A stretch of DNA of 64,000 nucleotides. Origin: Octopus sinensis. Lineage: Eukaryota. Positions 62,901 through 64,000 of the stretch are shown piece by piece. Position numbers and translations under genes: made by a program. The stretch spans positions 69,874,001 through 69,938,000 of the forward strand of contig NC_043003.1 in the NCBI RefSeq assembly GCF_006345805.1, written 5' to 3'. The first letter of the stretch is position 1, and each line of letters begins with the position of its first letter. The notes beneath the pieces were generated by a model. The model was not told where the DNA came from. It saw only the letters and a list, made by a program, of their open reading frames with translations, and ran no database searches.

Positions 62901-64000
62901 GTACCTGATCCTACATTTTTCTAGGATCTTTTTCCTTAATCTCTATCCTCAATTTAATTAAACTCAAAATTAAGTACTATGGTCTACTGAAATAGCTTGG
63001 GTCTCAAGGGCCCATAGCTATTTAATATCTTACCAAAAACTATGGATTGGGAATAAATGTTTTCATCTTGATCTTCCGCTATCTTGGATGTGGGACTGAA
63101 CCTGGAATCATGAGATTGCAAAGCAAGCTTCTTAGGATTTTTGTTGAATATTTGATACAAAATAAACTTTGAATATGAGGGAAGTTAAATATATTTGTAT
63201 TCCATGCATTATTCTGATCCATTCTAATTAACTTTCTATATTGTTATTAATGGAAATTTAAAAATGAACGAGAACATGTAATGGAGTGAATAAATAAGTC
63301 CATTGTCAAGAACTAAACGACCATTTTCTTGCTTCCTTCTATCTTAATTATTGCCATTTCATAAAAACAACAATTTGTAAACTAGATTTATTTCTTGTGT
63401 CCATCTTATGGAAAATTGCTTTTTAATTTGTCGAGCTGTTTTCATATAAATCACTTGAGGATGACGTTTTTGCTTGCTCGTTAGTTTTGAAGTAATTTTG
63501 TCAAGTAGAAACTATGTAGCAGATTTATTTAACCTTCAATGTATATTTGTATAAAATGTTCTTTTGTTATGTGGCTTTTCTTTCGATGCTTAATTCCTAC
63601 ATCTCTTTATTGTCTTATTTGATTTCTGTAATAACATATACTTTTTAAGCCAATTATTGTTTTATCTTGTTAATTAATTTGTTTCTTGCTGCTTGTAAAC
63701 GTTCTCATTCTGTAAAGCTTTTCAAAATAGTCAGAGGTAAGATAAATGAATGTTAGTATTTTTAAATTTTGAAAAAATTCTCATCTGTTTATTTTGTGTT
63801 TCTTTTGATTCTCATTGCTGTATCAATAGATTTAGTTCTATTAATCAACAAGTCTCTGACAGTGAATGTGTGTGGTTGGAAACAAAACCAGTAACTCATT
63901 GCCACTAGTGTAAATGTCTATTTAAAGTCACAAGTTTGCAGATATTTTATTAATCTTATTTGGTTGTATTTCAATTTCACTCTGCTATTCATTATGTGTT

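Noticed and set aside
63731-63736. Possible 6-nt microexon (tag|TCAGAG|gtaaga); similar pattern at 36285-36290
   Set aside because: Such motifs arise by chance in 64 kb of AT-rich DNA; needs RNA-seq. The 36290 donor is better explained as the end of a first exon.

Overview
AT-rich, repeat-saturated animal genomic DNA. The SINE set and the (AT)n/(CA)n/(GAT)n microsatellite load suggest an octopus or other coleoid cephalopod; this is inferred from recall, not from a database search. I could not identify any intact host protein-coding exon, and almost all long ORFs in the track are microsatellite or SINE read-throughs. Contents: (i) several tRNA-derived SINE families; (ii) decayed LINEs (CR1-clade ORF2, several RTE 3' ends, a Penelope-like RT); (iii) DNA transposons (DD37D/maT-like Tc1, mariner, Merlin, piggyBac remnant, hAT/TTAA/TA MITEs, a Helentron-like element); (iv) two CpG-retaining, promoter-like domains (~12.3-15 kb and ~32.3-36.4 kb) with candidate non-coding first exons. 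Most notable: two strongly diverged (~45% aa by hand count) ORF1-only L1/Tx1-like retroposons (15652-17120 minus; 23277-25608 plus) whose 3' ends join the same position in the tRNA-derived head of the commonest SINE, and whose 3' tail resembles that of another SINE family. Also notable: one near-canonical and four variant hammerhead-ribozyme motifs, a templated insertion inside a mariner, and a recent fold-back inverted duplication.
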